From the IMG/VR virus record IMGVR_UViG_3300046479_000175: a DNA stretch of 64,000 bases, one strand, 5' to 3'. Below the pieces are notes generated by a model that worked only from the letters and a program-made list of their open reading frames with translations, had not been told where the DNA came from and ran no database searches. The position numbers and the translations under genes were made by a program. Shown here in pieces: positions 8,467 through 18,252 of the stretch; position 1 is the first letter of the stretch, and the number at the start of each line of letters is the position of its first letter. This DNA is from an uncultured virus (IMG/VR IMGVR_UViG_3300046479_000175) (lineage: Duplodnaviria > Heunggongvirae > Uroviricota > Caudoviricetes).

Positions 8467-10290
8467 ATGAGCACCACCGCCGAATCCCTCACACTGCCCC
8501 TCAACAAGCTTGTGCCGTGGAAGGGCAACGTGCGCCGGACCGACCCGAAAGCCGGGTTGGACGAGCTGAAAGCCTCCATCGAAGCCCACGGTCTTCTGCA
8601 ATCTCTGGTCGTCCAGAAGGACAAGGGCGGCATGTACGCGGTGATTGCTGGGCGCAGACGCCTGTTTGCCCTCCAAGCTCTGGCCAAGGCCGGGAGCATC
8701 AAGGCGAGTTATGCGGTCCCATGCAGCGTCATGGACGCCGAGGCCGACCCGAAGGAAATCAGCCTCGTCGAGAACTTCCAGCGCGAGCAGATGCACCCCG
8801 CCGATGAATTCGAGGCGTTCAAGGCTTTGAGTGATGGCGGCCTGTCGGCAGCCGAAATCGCAGGACGGAACGGCATTACGGAACGCCACGTTGAGCAGCG
8901 TTTGAAACTCGCCAATGTGAGCCCGAAGCTCATCAAGGCCTACCGGGATGGCGAATGTTCCCTCCAGCACATGATGGCCTTCGCCGTGACCACGGACCAT
9001 GAAGTACAGGAGCGCGTCTGGCGCGACATGCCAGCCTACCGCCGTAACGACCCCGAAGCCGTGCGCGACCAGCTTGTGCAGGGGGAGATTTCTGCGAAGG
9101 ACCGGCGCGTTAAGTTCGTCGGTCTCGCAGCCTATGAGAAAGCCGGTGGAACCATCCGCCGCGACCTCTTTGTTGACGACGAGGACGGCGCGTTCATTCT
9201 CGACAAGGAACTGCTCGCTACCCTCGTAACGAAGAAACTCGAGAAAATCGCGGAGGGCGTCACGAAGGAAGGATGGAAGTGGGTTGAGGTCCGGGATAAC
9301 TTTGAGCACGCCGAATGGTCGAAATGCACCCGCCGTCACGAGGAGGCTGCTCCCCTTCCCGCGAAGGAACAGGCCAAGCTCGACGCGCTCAACGCCGAAC
9401 TTGAGGCCCTCCTAGAGGCCGACGACACGGATGGTGAGAACCCGGAAATCGACAAGCTGCAAGCGAAGATCGACAAGTTCGAGGAGCGTCCTCGCTCGTG
9501 GCAGCCTGACACGCTGGCGATTGCCGGTGTCGTCGTCTCCGTAGGCTTCAATGGCAAGCCCGAAATCGTTCGCGGCCTCGTGAAGCCTGAGGATGCGCCG
9601 AAGCAGCCGAAGAAGAAGTTGGCGACGAACGGCAGCGGGGAGCCCATCGAGGAACCGAGCCTCTCGGCCAGCCTCGTGCAGGACCTCACGACCCACCGCT
9701 CCGCAGCCCTGTCAGCCGTTCTCAAGGACAAACCTGAGGTTGCGCTCGCGGCGCTCGTCGAAGCTCTGGCTGGTCAGGCGTTCTATCAAGGCTACGGCCA
9801 CAACAGCTCCGTAAAGATCAGGCTGGACGAGGCGAACCTCCAAAGCATCGAGGGCTCGAAAGCCCATGCGGACCTCACAAAGGCGCACGAGAAATGGCTC
9901 GCCAAACTTCCCGGGAAAGAGGAAGAGCTGTTCGCGTGGTGCCAGAAGCAAAAGCAGCCGGTCCTTCTCGACCTTCTGGCTTACTGCGTCTCCCGCTCCG
10001 TCGATGCAATTGCGACGAAGAACGACAACCTCGAGCATGCTCGCTTTAAACATGCGAATGAGTTGGCGAAGGCAGTAGAGCTCCGGATGGAGGATTGGTT
10101 TTCGGCCTCTGCCGAGAACTACTTCGGGCGCGTCAGCAAGGGTGCGATCATCGACGCCCTCAAGGAAGCCAAGGTCGAGATCACCCCGGCGATGGAGAAG
10201 GCGAAGAAGGGCGAGCTGGCCGCGATTGCCGAGGAGAAGGTCGGCAAACCCAAGTGGCTTCCCGACTTATTGCGGGGGCCAGCGCCATGA
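8467..10290 (+). CDS. long ParB/RepB/Spo0J-family protein
   Basis: NVRR...ELKASIEAHGLLQSLVV...VIAGRRRL.AL...SLVENFQREQMHPADEF, followed by an HTH; 607-aa plasmid-type architecture. Confidence 0.92.
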   Translation: MSTTAESLTLPLNKLVPWKGNVRRTDPKAGLDELKASIEAHGLLQSLVVQKDKGGMYAVIAGRRRLFALQALAKAGSIKASYAVPCSVMDAEADPKEISLVENFQREQMHPADEFEAFKALSDGGLSAAEIAGRNGITERHVEQRLKLANVSPKLIKAYRDGECSLQHMMAFAVTTDHEVQERVWRDMPAYRRNDPEAVRDQLVQGEISAKDRRVKFVGLAAYEKAGGTIRRDLFVDDEDGAFILDKELLATLVTKKLEKIAEGVTKEGWKWVEVRDNFEHAEWSKCTRRHEEAAPLPAKEQAKLDALNAELEALLEADDTDGENPEIDKLQAKIDKFEERPRSWQPDTLAIAGVVVSVGFNGKPEIVRGLVKPEDAPKQPKKKLATNGSGEPIEEPSLSASLVQDLTTHRSAALSAVLKDKPEVALAALVEALAGQAFYQGYGHNSSVKIRLDEANLQSIEGSKAHADLTKAHEKWLAKLPGKEEELFAWCQKQKQPVLLDLLAYCVSRSVDAIATKNDNLEHARFKHANELAKAVELRMEDWFSASAENYFGRVSKGAIIDALKEAKVEITPAMEKAKKGELAAIAEEKVGKPKWLPDLLRGPAP

Positions 10291-10478
10291 GCAAACGAAA
10301 AGCTGCCGAAGCAGCCGGTCAGGCTTTCTACAAAGATGTCTCCGGGAAATACCACCCGCTAACCTTTAGCAAAACACCGTGGTATTGGACATACGTCGGC
10401 GTGGGCCTTATGTGCCTTGGTGCATGGGGCATCGGGTTTGTCGGAGGTTTGTTCATCAAGGTGATCGTGGCACCATGA
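10287..10478 (+). CDS. small TM protein
   Basis: ATGA overlap; hydrophobic C-terminus. Confidence 0.45.
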   Translation: MSKRKAAEAAGQAFYKDVSGKYHPLTFSKTPWYWTYVGVGLMCLGAWGIGFVGGLFIKVIVAP

Positions 10479-10807
10479 GCGGTCAGCTCGTCATCATTGA
10501 AAGTCCCTACGCGGGTGAAATAGAGCGCAATACGACCTACGCAAGGCGTGCAATGCGTGACAGCATCGAGCGCGGCGAACATCCAATTGCCTCGCACTTG
10601 CTCTATACGCAGCCCGGCATCTTGGAGGAGAAAAAGCCAGAAGAGCGTCAGCGAGGCATAGATGCAGGGTTTGCATGGTGGTCGAGAGCTGAGATGGTTG
10701 TGTTCTATCTCGACTACGGGGTCAGCCGCGGCATGATTGAGGCCATGCTCCGCGCTTCGGTCCAGAACAAGGTGGTTGACTTCAGACGCATTGGAGAGAA
10801 CTCATGA
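10475..10807 (+). CDS. nucleoside deoxyribosyltransferase-like phage protein (DUF4406-like)
   Basis: LVIIESPYAG.IERN..YARRAMRD...GE.PIASHLLY...DYGVSRGM..A. Confidence 0.7.
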   Translation: MSGQLVIIESPYAGEIERNTTYARRAMRDSIERGEHPIASHLLYTQPGILEEKKPEERQRGIDAGFAWWSRAEMVVFYLDYGVSRGMIEAMLRASVQNKVVDFRRIGENS

Positions 10808-11073
10808 GCAAGACGGACGAGGAGACTGTCAGGGGCTTCCTGAACTGCTATCCGATGAGTGCGCAGGAAGCTTCTGCAGCCCTCGACCGCCTCATGCGGC
10901 GCGTTGTACCAGAAGGCCACACCGCAGTCCCCAACATTCCTACGCCTTTCATGATCGGAAAAATGCAGAAGGCGACCAACCTCGGCACCTATACGCTGCG
11001 GATTATGTATGACGCTGCCTTAGCCGCCGCACCACAACCCCTGGCGGCCAAGATCGGGGAGCAGAAGGCATGA
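10804..11073 (+). CDS. phage hypothetical protein
   Basis: VPEG...VP..PTPFMI...MYDAALAAAP, a common phage motif. Confidence 0.6.
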   Translation: MSKTDEETVRGFLNCYPMSAQEASAALDRLMRRVVPEGHTAVPNIPTPFMIGKMQKATNLGTYTLRIMYDAALAAAPQPLAAKIGEQKA

Positions 11074-11276
11074 CCGACCGATCATCACCGGCTGCGGGGC
11101 AAACGAAGCCTAACGCGCGAAAGACGAAAGGGCGGAAGCCATCGCAGCGAGAGTACATTCTTAACGCTGGTTCTCGGATTCTCTACGAGAAAGTGGCGGA
11201 GGCTTTTGAACCTGACTGGCAAGACCTAATAGAGAGAATGTTCATTGCGATGCGAACACAAGAAAGAATCCCATGA
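11070..11276 (+). CDS. hypothetical protein
   Basis: ATGA overlap. Confidence 0.5.
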   Translation: MTDRSSPAAGQTKPNARKTKGRKPSQREYILNAGSRILYEKVAEAFEPDWQDLIERMFIAMRTQERIP

Positions 11277-11509
11277 CCACCACCCCACCCCCCGCCGAGC
11301 GAGATTCCACAAAACAGCCGGAGCACGAAAAGGTAGCGGCCATCCCCGATGCGTTTTATGTTTCATGCCCCGATTGCGGAGACACCCTCACCGTCCAATT
11401 GCAAGAGCAGAACGATGGCAGCTTCGAGTCAGATCCTTCAGAAGCATTCATGGAATGCCATTGCGGAAAATTGATTGAAGTGACCGGACGATGGAGGAAC
11501 TTGCCGTGA
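11273..11509 (+). CDS. small Zn-ribbon protein
   Basis: CPDC...CHC. Confidence 0.55.
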   Translation: MTTTPPPAERDSTKQPEHEKVAAIPDAFYVSCPDCGDTLTVQLQEQNDGSFESDPSEAFMECHCGKLIEVTGRWRNLP

Positions 11510-12237
11510 CCCAGACCCCCAATCCCCCCTCCGGGTTGCTGACGCGGGAGCAGCTTCTGCCATGTCCCTTCTGCGGCTCGACAGACATAGAGCCAGATGG
11601 CGTTGCGAGCATAAAGAAAGACGTTCGAGCCGTCGTGAAATTCTGGAAGGATGCTCTTCCAGAACACATTATCAATCGTCCCTGCTGCAACACCTGCGGA
11701 GCTACAACCGAGGGAGATTGGAACACCCGCGCCGCCCGCCAATCCCCGACTGCGCCGGCAGGGTGGCGGGTTGTGCCGGAGGAGCCGACGCCCGAGATGA
11801 TTGAGGCTGCTGGACGAAAGGGGGCAGTCTTTGGCTTCGGATTTCACTATAAGGTTGCTCTCGCGTCAGCACCGACACCGCCGAACCGCGCAACCAAAGA
11901 AGGAGAGGCAGAGGCCTATCTCAAAACCCTGTGCGACAGAATCGAACTCTACGCGAAGGACAAAACGGCCCAAGACTTCTCAAATGCCTATCAGGCATAC
12001 ATGGACGCGGTTTGCTATTTGGCGGCTTCCAAATCGGTCGAGAGCTGGCGGGACATTGCGAGTGCACCGAGGGATGAGGTCTTAATCGGCACCTACTACG
12101 ACACAAAATATGACGAATGGCCCATGGAGGTCTTCATGAATGACGACAACGGTGCCTACGCAAAGATGCAGGGTTTCACGCATTGGAGACGCAAACCAGC
12201 CCCACCCTCTCACGACACGGCGCGGGAGGGAGGATGA
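11506..12237 (+). CDS. Lar-like restriction-alleviation Zn finger fused to DUF551-like modules
   Basis: LLPCPFCGS...CNTCGA...WNTRA; WRDIASAPRD...FTHWR..PAPP. Confidence 0.65.
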   Translation: MTQTPNPPSGLLTREQLLPCPFCGSTDIEPDGVASIKKDVRAVVKFWKDALPEHIINRPCCNTCGATTEGDWNTRAARQSPTAPAGWRVVPEEPTPEMIEAAGRKGAVFGFGFHYKVALASAPTPPNRATKEGEAEAYLKTLCDRIELYAKDKTAQDFSNAYQAYMDAVCYLAASKSVESWRDIASAPRDEVLIGTYYDTKYDEWPMEVFMNDDNGAYAKMQGFTHWRRKPAPPSHDTAREGG

Positions 12238-12428
12238 GCGGCCCGAAACTCAGATCGGTAAAAGTTGGACCGCTGCCGCTGCCTCCATGGGAGGTGTGTG
12301 AAGCCAAGATTGAAGCCGGAAAAACACTCTCGGCAATCGAGCAATTCATCTGCGATCACGAACCCCTAGAGGGCGAGTCATGGCGCCAGCAATTGACGGA
12401 TGCTATCGAAGAGGCGATTCGCCAATGA
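12234..12428 (+). CDS. hypothetical protein
   Basis: GGAGG RBS, ATGA overlap. Confidence 0.55.
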   Translation: MSGPKLRSVKVGPLPLPPWEVCEAKIEAGKTLSAIEQFICDHEPLEGESWRQQLTDAIEEAIRQ

Positions 12429-12646
12429 GTGTCGTTGTTCCCATACGCGGTAAACATGAGAGTTTCGCTTCCATGCTGGCCCAGATGATGGCCGATCCCA
12501 AATACAAATCTGGAATCGTATTTGCCTTTGATGAAGAAGGAACTATGTCATGGGGTCACTTCGATGCCACCACCAGCAAGATCTGTATGGCTCTGGGAAT
12601 GCTCCTGAAGGTTAACCACGACATGATGGCGGACGACCTGCCATGA
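12425..12646 (+). CDS. hypothetical protein
   Basis: ATGA overlap. Confidence 0.5.
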   Translation: MSVVVPIRGKHESFASMLAQMMADPKYKSGIVFAFDEEGTMSWGHFDATTSKICMALGMLLKVNHDMMADDLP

Positions 12647-12705
12647 CCGAATCCGATTCCCCGCGGCGTAGGATCGATCTTGAGATTAGCTGGAATGCGT
12701 AGCCT

Positions 12706-13056
12706 ATGTCCGAGGAAGACCAAACAACCGCGCAACTGGTATTTGACCGCTACGTCGATTATTACGACGGAGAGATACAAGGATGTTGTTTATTGATCGC
12801 CGACGAAATTCAGCGGAAGATCGGCGGTGAGCTTGTCGCGGGTGAAATTGCATACGGCGGAACGGGAATACGCACTCATTGGTGGGTAGAGAAAGACGGC
12901 GAAATCGTCGATCCCATGTTCGCCCATTTCTTTTGCGAGGAAGACTATCCAAAGCGGACAGAGCTTCATCGTGATCGACGGATATTCGACCAGAATTTGC
13001 CCAACTATGAACAATGGCGGGTGGCAGAATCATGGACGCCTTCATCGGATACATAG
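12706..13056 (+). CDS. hypothetical protein (possible transglutaminase-like Cys/His/Asp)
   Basis: GCC...THWWVE.DGEIVDP. Confidence 0.5.
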   Translation: MSEEDQTTAQLVFDRYVDYYDGEIQGCCLLIADEIQRKIGGELVAGEIAYGGTGIRTHWWVEKDGEIVDPMFAHFFCEEDYPKRTELHRDRRIFDQNLPNYEQWRVAESWTPSSDT

Positions 13057-13063
13057 CTTAATC

Positions 13064-13558
13064 ATGAGCGCGATCATCTCCCCATGCGGCCTGTATCGCT
13101 ATCGGCTTGAACGGCGGTTCGGCGACGGCCCCGCTTCCCTATTCATCATGCTCAACCCCTCGACCGCTGACGCGGAGATCGACGATCCCACGATCCGCCG
13201 TTGCATCAGATTTGCGCAGTCGTTCGGCTGCGGCCGACTCCTCGTCGGCAACCTGTTTGCCTTTCGCGCGACGAAGCCCGCAGACCTCATGAAAGCATCT
13301 GACCCCGAAGGCCCAGACAACCTGAAGCACTTAAAGAAAATGTGCGCTGAGGCCCAACTCTGCATTGCGGCGTGGGGTGCGCACGGTAAATATCGAGGCC
13401 AGGGGCAGCGCATTATTGGGCGGCTCTCCGCGTGGGACGTTCCATTACATCATTTAAAGATGACGAAAGCGGGGCATCCCTGCCACCCGCTTTACCTAAA
13501 AGCGACGCTCACACCGGTTGCCTATGCCATGCGCCTGATGCCACTTAAGACGGTATAA
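13064..13558 (+). CDS. DUF1643 domain protein
   Basis: SAIISPCGLYRYRL.R...FIMLNPSTAD..IDDPTIRRC...GHPCHPLY. Confidence 0.9.
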   Translation: MSAIISPCGLYRYRLERRFGDGPASLFIMLNPSTADAEIDDPTIRRCIRFAQSFGCGRLLVGNLFAFRATKPADLMKASDPEGPDNLKHLKKMCAEAQLCIAAWGAHGKYRGQGQRIIGRLSAWDVPLHHLKMTKAGHPCHPLYLKATLTPVAYAMRLMPLKTV

Positions 13559-13848
13559 CCCGAGACTCACCTGCACGAACAGCTCCGTGAAACGCTTGGA
13601 TTCTCGGCGCTATGTTTAGGAAGGAGTAAACCCGCGAGGCTAACGTTAACGGAACAATTAACAGTCATGTGTGTCGGACGGAACGCCTCGCTGGTTTGTT
13701 TTATGCGCCACATTGAAATAGTTTATGGCCATCTGCATTATTCGCATTATTCATTGTTGGCGAGAATCGCTTTTCCCTGCGCACGCGTCCAACCAATATA
13801 AGACTGCCAAAGCTGTTGCTCCCCCCGGCAAGTCAAGGGGAACTCTAT

Positions 13849-15084
13849 ATGGCACGTTTCACCTCTCGTTGTATTCGCCCGTTTTTCCTCCTTGTCACCA
13901 TCCTGTCGGGCCTCGCGCCGCCGTGCTGGGGGGCAGAGCACGTGAGTTTGCGCAATGGGTTCGACTTGTTTTGCGATCACGTTGTTGTCAAGGGTGACCA
14001 CTATCTCTTGTATGTTGATCAGGCGGGCAGCAGTTTTCTCGAAGTGGCGCGGGCCGACATCGTTTCGATCACACATATTTCGTTTGAGAATGAAGCTACG
14101 TCCCAAGCCGCCGACCCTCCAACAGCCCAGGCATCCTCACCGATTTCGGGCAACGTACAAAGTGCTGGACTGCGGAAACTCATACAACGGTATTCGTCGG
14201 TAGCCGACCTACGCGGGCTCGGCCAAGTTCGCGTTACTTGGTTGAAGCAGGAACTCGTGGACGCGCTCACGGATGCGTCAGCTGAGGCCGACGCTTTAAC
14301 GCCGGAGCAACTCACCGATCTCAAGCGGCAAACCTTCAGACAACTCGACCTTCAACACGATTTGGTGTTTCTCGTATCCTTCATACCTGCGCGTGGTTTT
14401 TCTCTGAGCCATCCGGATTGGGACGCTCAACATCGCGCGCCGAAGCTTCAACTCATTGCGTCGGACGATACACCGCAGACTCCAACTTATTGGAGTCCTA
14501 GCCTTCAGTCTCCCGACAGCAAGCTGGCTTGGTTCTCCGGTCCAAGCGTCGCGTACGTCCACTTCAATGCGCATAATCCGGACAGAACGCGGGTGGTCTG
14601 GGGAAGGGGGTTCGCTCTGACCCTCAATAACTATGTGTATGACGAGAACAATAGCAAACTCTATTCCGCGGCCATGAGGTTCAGCTTTTACATCTCTGCA
14701 CTTCCACTGCAAACGTTGGTCACGCCAGGGCTGCCCGCCGAGGATCAGGCGGCGGTTTCAATGTCATTGGTGGACACTTCCAGCCGTACTACTTCGGGCG
14801 CTTATACGGGAAGCCGCTCGTCTCAGAGCAATGCTGCTACAGGGGTCCAGACGAATAGCTATCAGGCTCCGACACAATACACGCAGGCCCAACCGCAATA
14901 CGAGCAGGCCCCAACGCAATACGCCGGGCAGTACGGGTCAAACGGCGCAGAAAACGCCCTTGGGGCCTCGGTCAATAACGGGACACCTTCGGTCGTTTAC
15001 CAATTTGTATTCGGGGTCATAATGAGTCTAGCCGAATCGCGCACAGCCAAGCTGATCGAGGAGCTAGCGCCCTTCGAATTCTGA
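13849..15084 (+). CDS. secreted hypothetical protein with QAPTQY repeats
   Basis: Signal-peptide-like N-terminus; three imperfect 21-nt repeats at 14863-14922. Confidence 0.65.
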   Translation: MARFTSRCIRPFFLLVTILSGLAPPCWGAEHVSLRNGFDLFCDHVVVKGDHYLLYVDQAGSSFLEVARADIVSITHISFENEATSQAADPPTAQASSPISGNVQSAGLRKLIQRYSSVADLRGLGQVRVTWLKQELVDALTDASAEADALTPEQLTDLKRQTFRQLDLQHDLVFLVSFIPARGFSLSHPDWDAQHRAPKLQLIASDDTPQTPTYWSPSLQSPDSKLAWFSGPSVAYVHFNAHNPDRTRVVWGRGFALTLNNYVYDENNSKLYSAAMRFSFYISALPLQTLVTPGLPAEDQAAVSMSLVDTSSRTTSGAYTGSRSSQSNAATGVQTNSYQAPTQYTQAQPQYEQAPTQYAGQYGSNGAENALGASVNNGTPSVVYQFVFGVIMSLAESRTAKLIEELAPFEF

Positions 15085-15096
15085 CGTATTTCGCCC

Positions 15097-15122
15097 AAAC
15101 CGTCCGCCACGGCGGACGGTTT
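15097..15122. terminator. perfect 12-bp inverted repeat, probable terminator
   Basis: AAACCGTCCGCC-AC-GGCGGACGGTTT just after the stop codon at 15084. Confidence 0.6.
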
Positions 15123-15155
15123 CACTCGTGACTCGTCGGGTTATCATGGGGTGCC

Positions 15156-15719
15156 ATGAAGCGAGCCCTGCTCTTTTGCGGTGTCGCCATCCTCTTTTTT
15201 GTCCTCGGGAGCGCCTGTACCTATCTGGTCCTGCGGTCCCCCTCGAATACCAACCGATGGATTCAGGTGACCTCCGACGCTTACGGCATTGGGTTCAACG
15301 ATAAGGTTGTCGACGTCGACTTCTCACTCCCCAAAACCAAGAAACCGGCAGGACGAATCAAATTTCTTAATCGCGATGATCGTATTCAGCTTGGCTATAT
15401 GCTGACCCTCCCAGTCGAATCCAAGCCCACGTCCTCTCTTCCCGAGAAATACACGCGACTACGAACTCTCCCCGATGGCACGCAGATCGGTCCCCCTGAC
15501 CAAGTCGAGTACGAGGGAACTTTTGAATTCACACTCAAAGATGCCGACGGTTTCGTCCTTAAGAAACTTTCCGGCCCCAAAGAATATTTGACTGCTGGTT
15601 CACAAAACCAACTTCAAGGGACTGCCGAGGAGACAATACCTCCGTCCATCGTCGAGCGCACCAAGATCGTCATGGTCGACTTCTCGGCGACGGATTGCAT
15701 TCCCTGCGATCCGCAATGA
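15156..15719 (+). CDS. exported hypothetical protein
   Basis: N-terminal hydrophobic anchor. Confidence 0.65.
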   Translation: MKRALLFCGVAILFFVLGSACTYLVLRSPSNTNRWIQVTSDAYGIGFNDKVVDVDFSLPKTKKPAGRIKFLNRDDRIQLGYMLTLPVESKPTSSLPEKYTRLRTLPDGTQIGPPDQVEYEGTFEFTLKDADGFVLKKLSGPKEYLTAGSQNQLQGTAEETIPPSIVERTKIVMVDFSATDCIPCDPQ

Positions 15720-15776
15720 GCGGCAGCGAAAGCGAGAGATACAATTAGACCGCCGCAGGAAAGGCGGAGGCCGACT

Positions 15777-16433
15777 ATGAAAGTACGCCTGCACGCAGCC
15801 TTATTGATCCTGGCATCTTTTGCACACGCCCAACAGACGACCGAAGTCCGGTTCTCCGGGACCGCAATCAACACGACGGACCCCGATAAGCCGTTAGCCG
15901 CCCCAATCGAGATCATTCTCAATCACGACGGATGCAAGCTCACAATATCGCCCCCGCTTAGTGGTTCGGGTCATTGCATTATCAAAGGCTACGACGAGAA
16001 ATCGAAGCAGATCGAGATTCTTTCCGAGGGTCCCCCGTTCATCACATGGACCGGCACCCTGAAAGGGAATCTCGCCAGCGGCACTTACAAGATTGATGCC
16101 AGCAATGAGAGCGGTTCGTTTTACTTTGCTGTCCTGAAGCAGGCCGCCGCCCAGCTGCCTCCTCCTCCACCACCCGTGCGGGACTACATTCCCGTTGCTC
16201 CGCGAAGCAGCTGCTCGCCGGCAATCGAGTCCCACATCGACGGAGATATTGAGGGGTGGGACGGAGAGACAATCTTCAAGCTGGATAACGGTCAAATCTG
16301 GCAGCAGTCTGTCTACGCTTACAGGTACTTTTACGCATACCACCCTGAGATAACGATCTTCGAGACGTCAGGGGGCTGTCGAATGAAGGTCGAAGATCAA
16401 AGTGAAACCGTGATCGTTAATCGTATCAAGTAA
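15777..16433 (+). CDS. secreted hypothetical protein
   Basis: Signal peptide (AHA|Q), poly-Pro linker, C-terminal IESHIDG..EGWDGETIFKLDNGQIWQQ. Confidence 0.7.
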   Translation: MKVRLHAALLILASFAHAQQTTEVRFSGTAINTTDPDKPLAAPIEIILNHDGCKLTISPPLSGSGHCIIKGYDEKSKQIEILSEGPPFITWTGTLKGNLASGTYKIDASNESGSFYFAVLKQAAAQLPPPPPPVRDYIPVAPRSSCSPAIESHIDGDIEGWDGETIFKLDNGQIWQQSVYAYRYFYAYHPEITIFETSGGCRMKVEDQSETVIVNRIK

Positions 16434-16442
16434 GGATGGGAA

Positions 16443-16997
16443 ATGGGCAACATCGATATAAACCGTCACAATGTTGGCCGCATTGCCGAACGCATCGTCT
16501 CGAATGAGCTCGAATCCCGAGGCTTTCGCGTCAGTGACCTGAACAAAGAAGGGACATCTGCGAACGCAGATCTGCTTGCGGCGAAAGATGGCAAGACATG
16601 GCAGATTCAGGTAAAAGGAGCCTCTGAGGGCGACAGCGGGTGGTGGGTGAATTACGGATACGCCCAACAGGAAACCATCGATGGTACGAAGAAAATGTAC
16701 AACTCGGTCGAAAGCTTCTACCGCGCTCAGATTGTCATCCTCGTGTCGGTGAAGGCAGCCAACGATTACAAATGTGTGGTTCTGCCTGTCATCGCAGCAG
16801 AGAAGGCCGCGCAACTCAATCTCGACCACTCGTTCCGCAACCTGAAGAGGGACGGATCGAAGAAGAAGCCGGGAAAGGTCTGGACCTACCTCGAATACGA
16901 CCCAAAGGTGCGAGATCAGTCTCGCTTGCCAATCCTCAAAGCCGAGCGCGACATCATCGCTAAATACCTGGACAATTGGGACATTGAAAGGATTTGA
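16443..16997 (+). CDS. PD-(D/E)XK nuclease
   Basis: G..AE..V..EL..RGF.V......ADLLA.KDG....IQVKG. Confidence 0.75.
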   Translation: MGNIDINRHNVGRIAERIVSNELESRGFRVSDLNKEGTSANADLLAAKDGKTWQIQVKGASEGDSGWWVNYGYAQQETIDGTKKMYNSVESFYRAQIVILVSVKAANDYKCVVLPVIAAEKAAQLNLDHSFRNLKRDGSKKKPGKVWTYLEYDPKVRDQSRLPILKAERDIIAKYLDNWDIERI

Positions 16998-16999
16998 AT

Positions 17000-17206
17000 A
17001 TGCCCGAAATTCACCTCCTCAAGGGGATCGAAATCTGGCTCGTAGTGATCGCCGTGCTGCTTTACATCATGGTGATGCAGCTCTGGGCTATCGCCAAGCG
17101 CTTGCGGCGGCATTTCCCTACAGACAAAGAGGCCGATACCGACTGGGCAATCCGAGACCCTATGGGCCATTGGGAAGCGCATAAGAACGACAAAAGTAAG
17201 AAATGA
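17000..17206 (+). CDS. small single-TM protein
   Basis: Hydrophobic helix. Confidence 0.5.
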   Translation: MPEIHLLKGIEIWLVVIAVLLYIMVMQLWAIAKRLRRHFPTDKEADTDWAIRDPMGHWEAHKNDKSKK

Positions 17207-17307
17207 AGTATGGCAAAGCAATAGTCAGCATTCTGGTCGCGATTGCATTCGTCTCGATAGCGAAAGCACTGTGGTGCCATCGGAGGAACTCGAAAGTTAC
17301 GGGAGCA

Positions 17308-18129
17308 ATGTCCGAGCAGCTGCCGCCTTGCATCTTTTGCAATAACGAATCGGGAAGCGAAGAACATTTCTGGCCAGCTTGGGTCCACCGGTTCATCAAG
17401 GAAAACGGAATCGACCTTGGTGGTCTCAGGGTCCAGTTGGGAAACCAACCTGAGACGATTACCGACGATCTGGAAAAGACGATCAACACCGTTTGCAACA
17501 CGTGCAACAACACATGGATGAGCGAGGTCGAAGACAAGAATCGTCGACGATTTCAATACATGTTGAAGAACGACCCCCTCACCATCGACCCCGGCGGAAT
17601 GAAGATCATTACGGAATGGGCAGTCCTTCGGGCGATCATGCTCGATTCTGAGAAGCCATCCATCGGCCAAGAGAACTTCTACACGCCCGATGAGCGTATC
17701 CCTATGCGCGAGCGTCTCGAAATTCCCAAGCGGACCAGAGTCTGGTTTGGCGCGCTGGATGGGTTTCACTTGGGCGGCCATGGAACCGACTTCACCATCG
17801 AGGCGGTGACGCCTGAAGGAAATAGAGTGCGCATTGGAACCGGCTGCTACAACACGATCTACATGGGCTATCTCGTGACACAGGTGGTCACCGAACATCT
17901 TTACCCGCAATACGAAGGCCTAGGAATTGCAGAAGTTCAGCCGCCACCCAGCATCTGCGATGAGAGGCTGGTTCAGATCCATCCGCGACCGCGTCAGTTG
18001 AAGAAGTTCGACTGGCCAACGACACCCTTCACCAACGGCGATCCGGACGGAATTGGGTATCTGATGTACCGCTGGAAAAAGGACGCTAAGCAAGTGTCGA
18101 CGGTGACGAAGAACGGGGTTGTCGAATAG
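17308..18129 (+). CDS. HNH-like endonuclease
   Basis: CIFC....SEEHFWPAW...VCNTCNN.WMS.VE; GGGAG RBS before ATG 17308. Confidence 0.75.
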   Translation: MSEQLPPCIFCNNESGSEEHFWPAWVHRFIKENGIDLGGLRVQLGNQPETITDDLEKTINTVCNTCNNTWMSEVEDKNRRRFQYMLKNDPLTIDPGGMKIITEWAVLRAIMLDSEKPSIGQENFYTPDERIPMRERLEIPKRTRVWFGALDGFHLGGHGTDFTIEAVTPEGNRVRIGTGCYNTIYMGYLVTQVVTEHLYPQYEGLGIAEVQPPPSICDERLVQIHPRPRQLKKFDWPTTPFTNGDPDGIGYLMYRWKKDAKQVSTVTKNGVVE

Positions 18130-18252
18130 ATATACGCTCCGCTTCGCTACGCTGCCTGTTGTGCTGCTGCCGCAGGTCTTCCAAAGCCAGACTTAAAGAA
18201 CTCGAGGAGGGTTTGGACTATTACGGCGCATCCACGCAAGAAGGAATGTAAC

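Noticed and set aside
8431..9339. Long antisense ORFs (also 22468-23202, 44710-45660, 49770-50435)
   Set aside because: They lie opposite well-supported genes, as expected in GC-rich coding DNA.
13646..13662. Possible CtrA box TTAA...TTAAC
   Set aside because: The spacer is 8 nt, not the canonical 7.
14863..14922. Tandem repeats as a CRISPR-like array
   Set aside because: In-frame, degenerate 21-nt coding repeats with no spacers and no cas genes.
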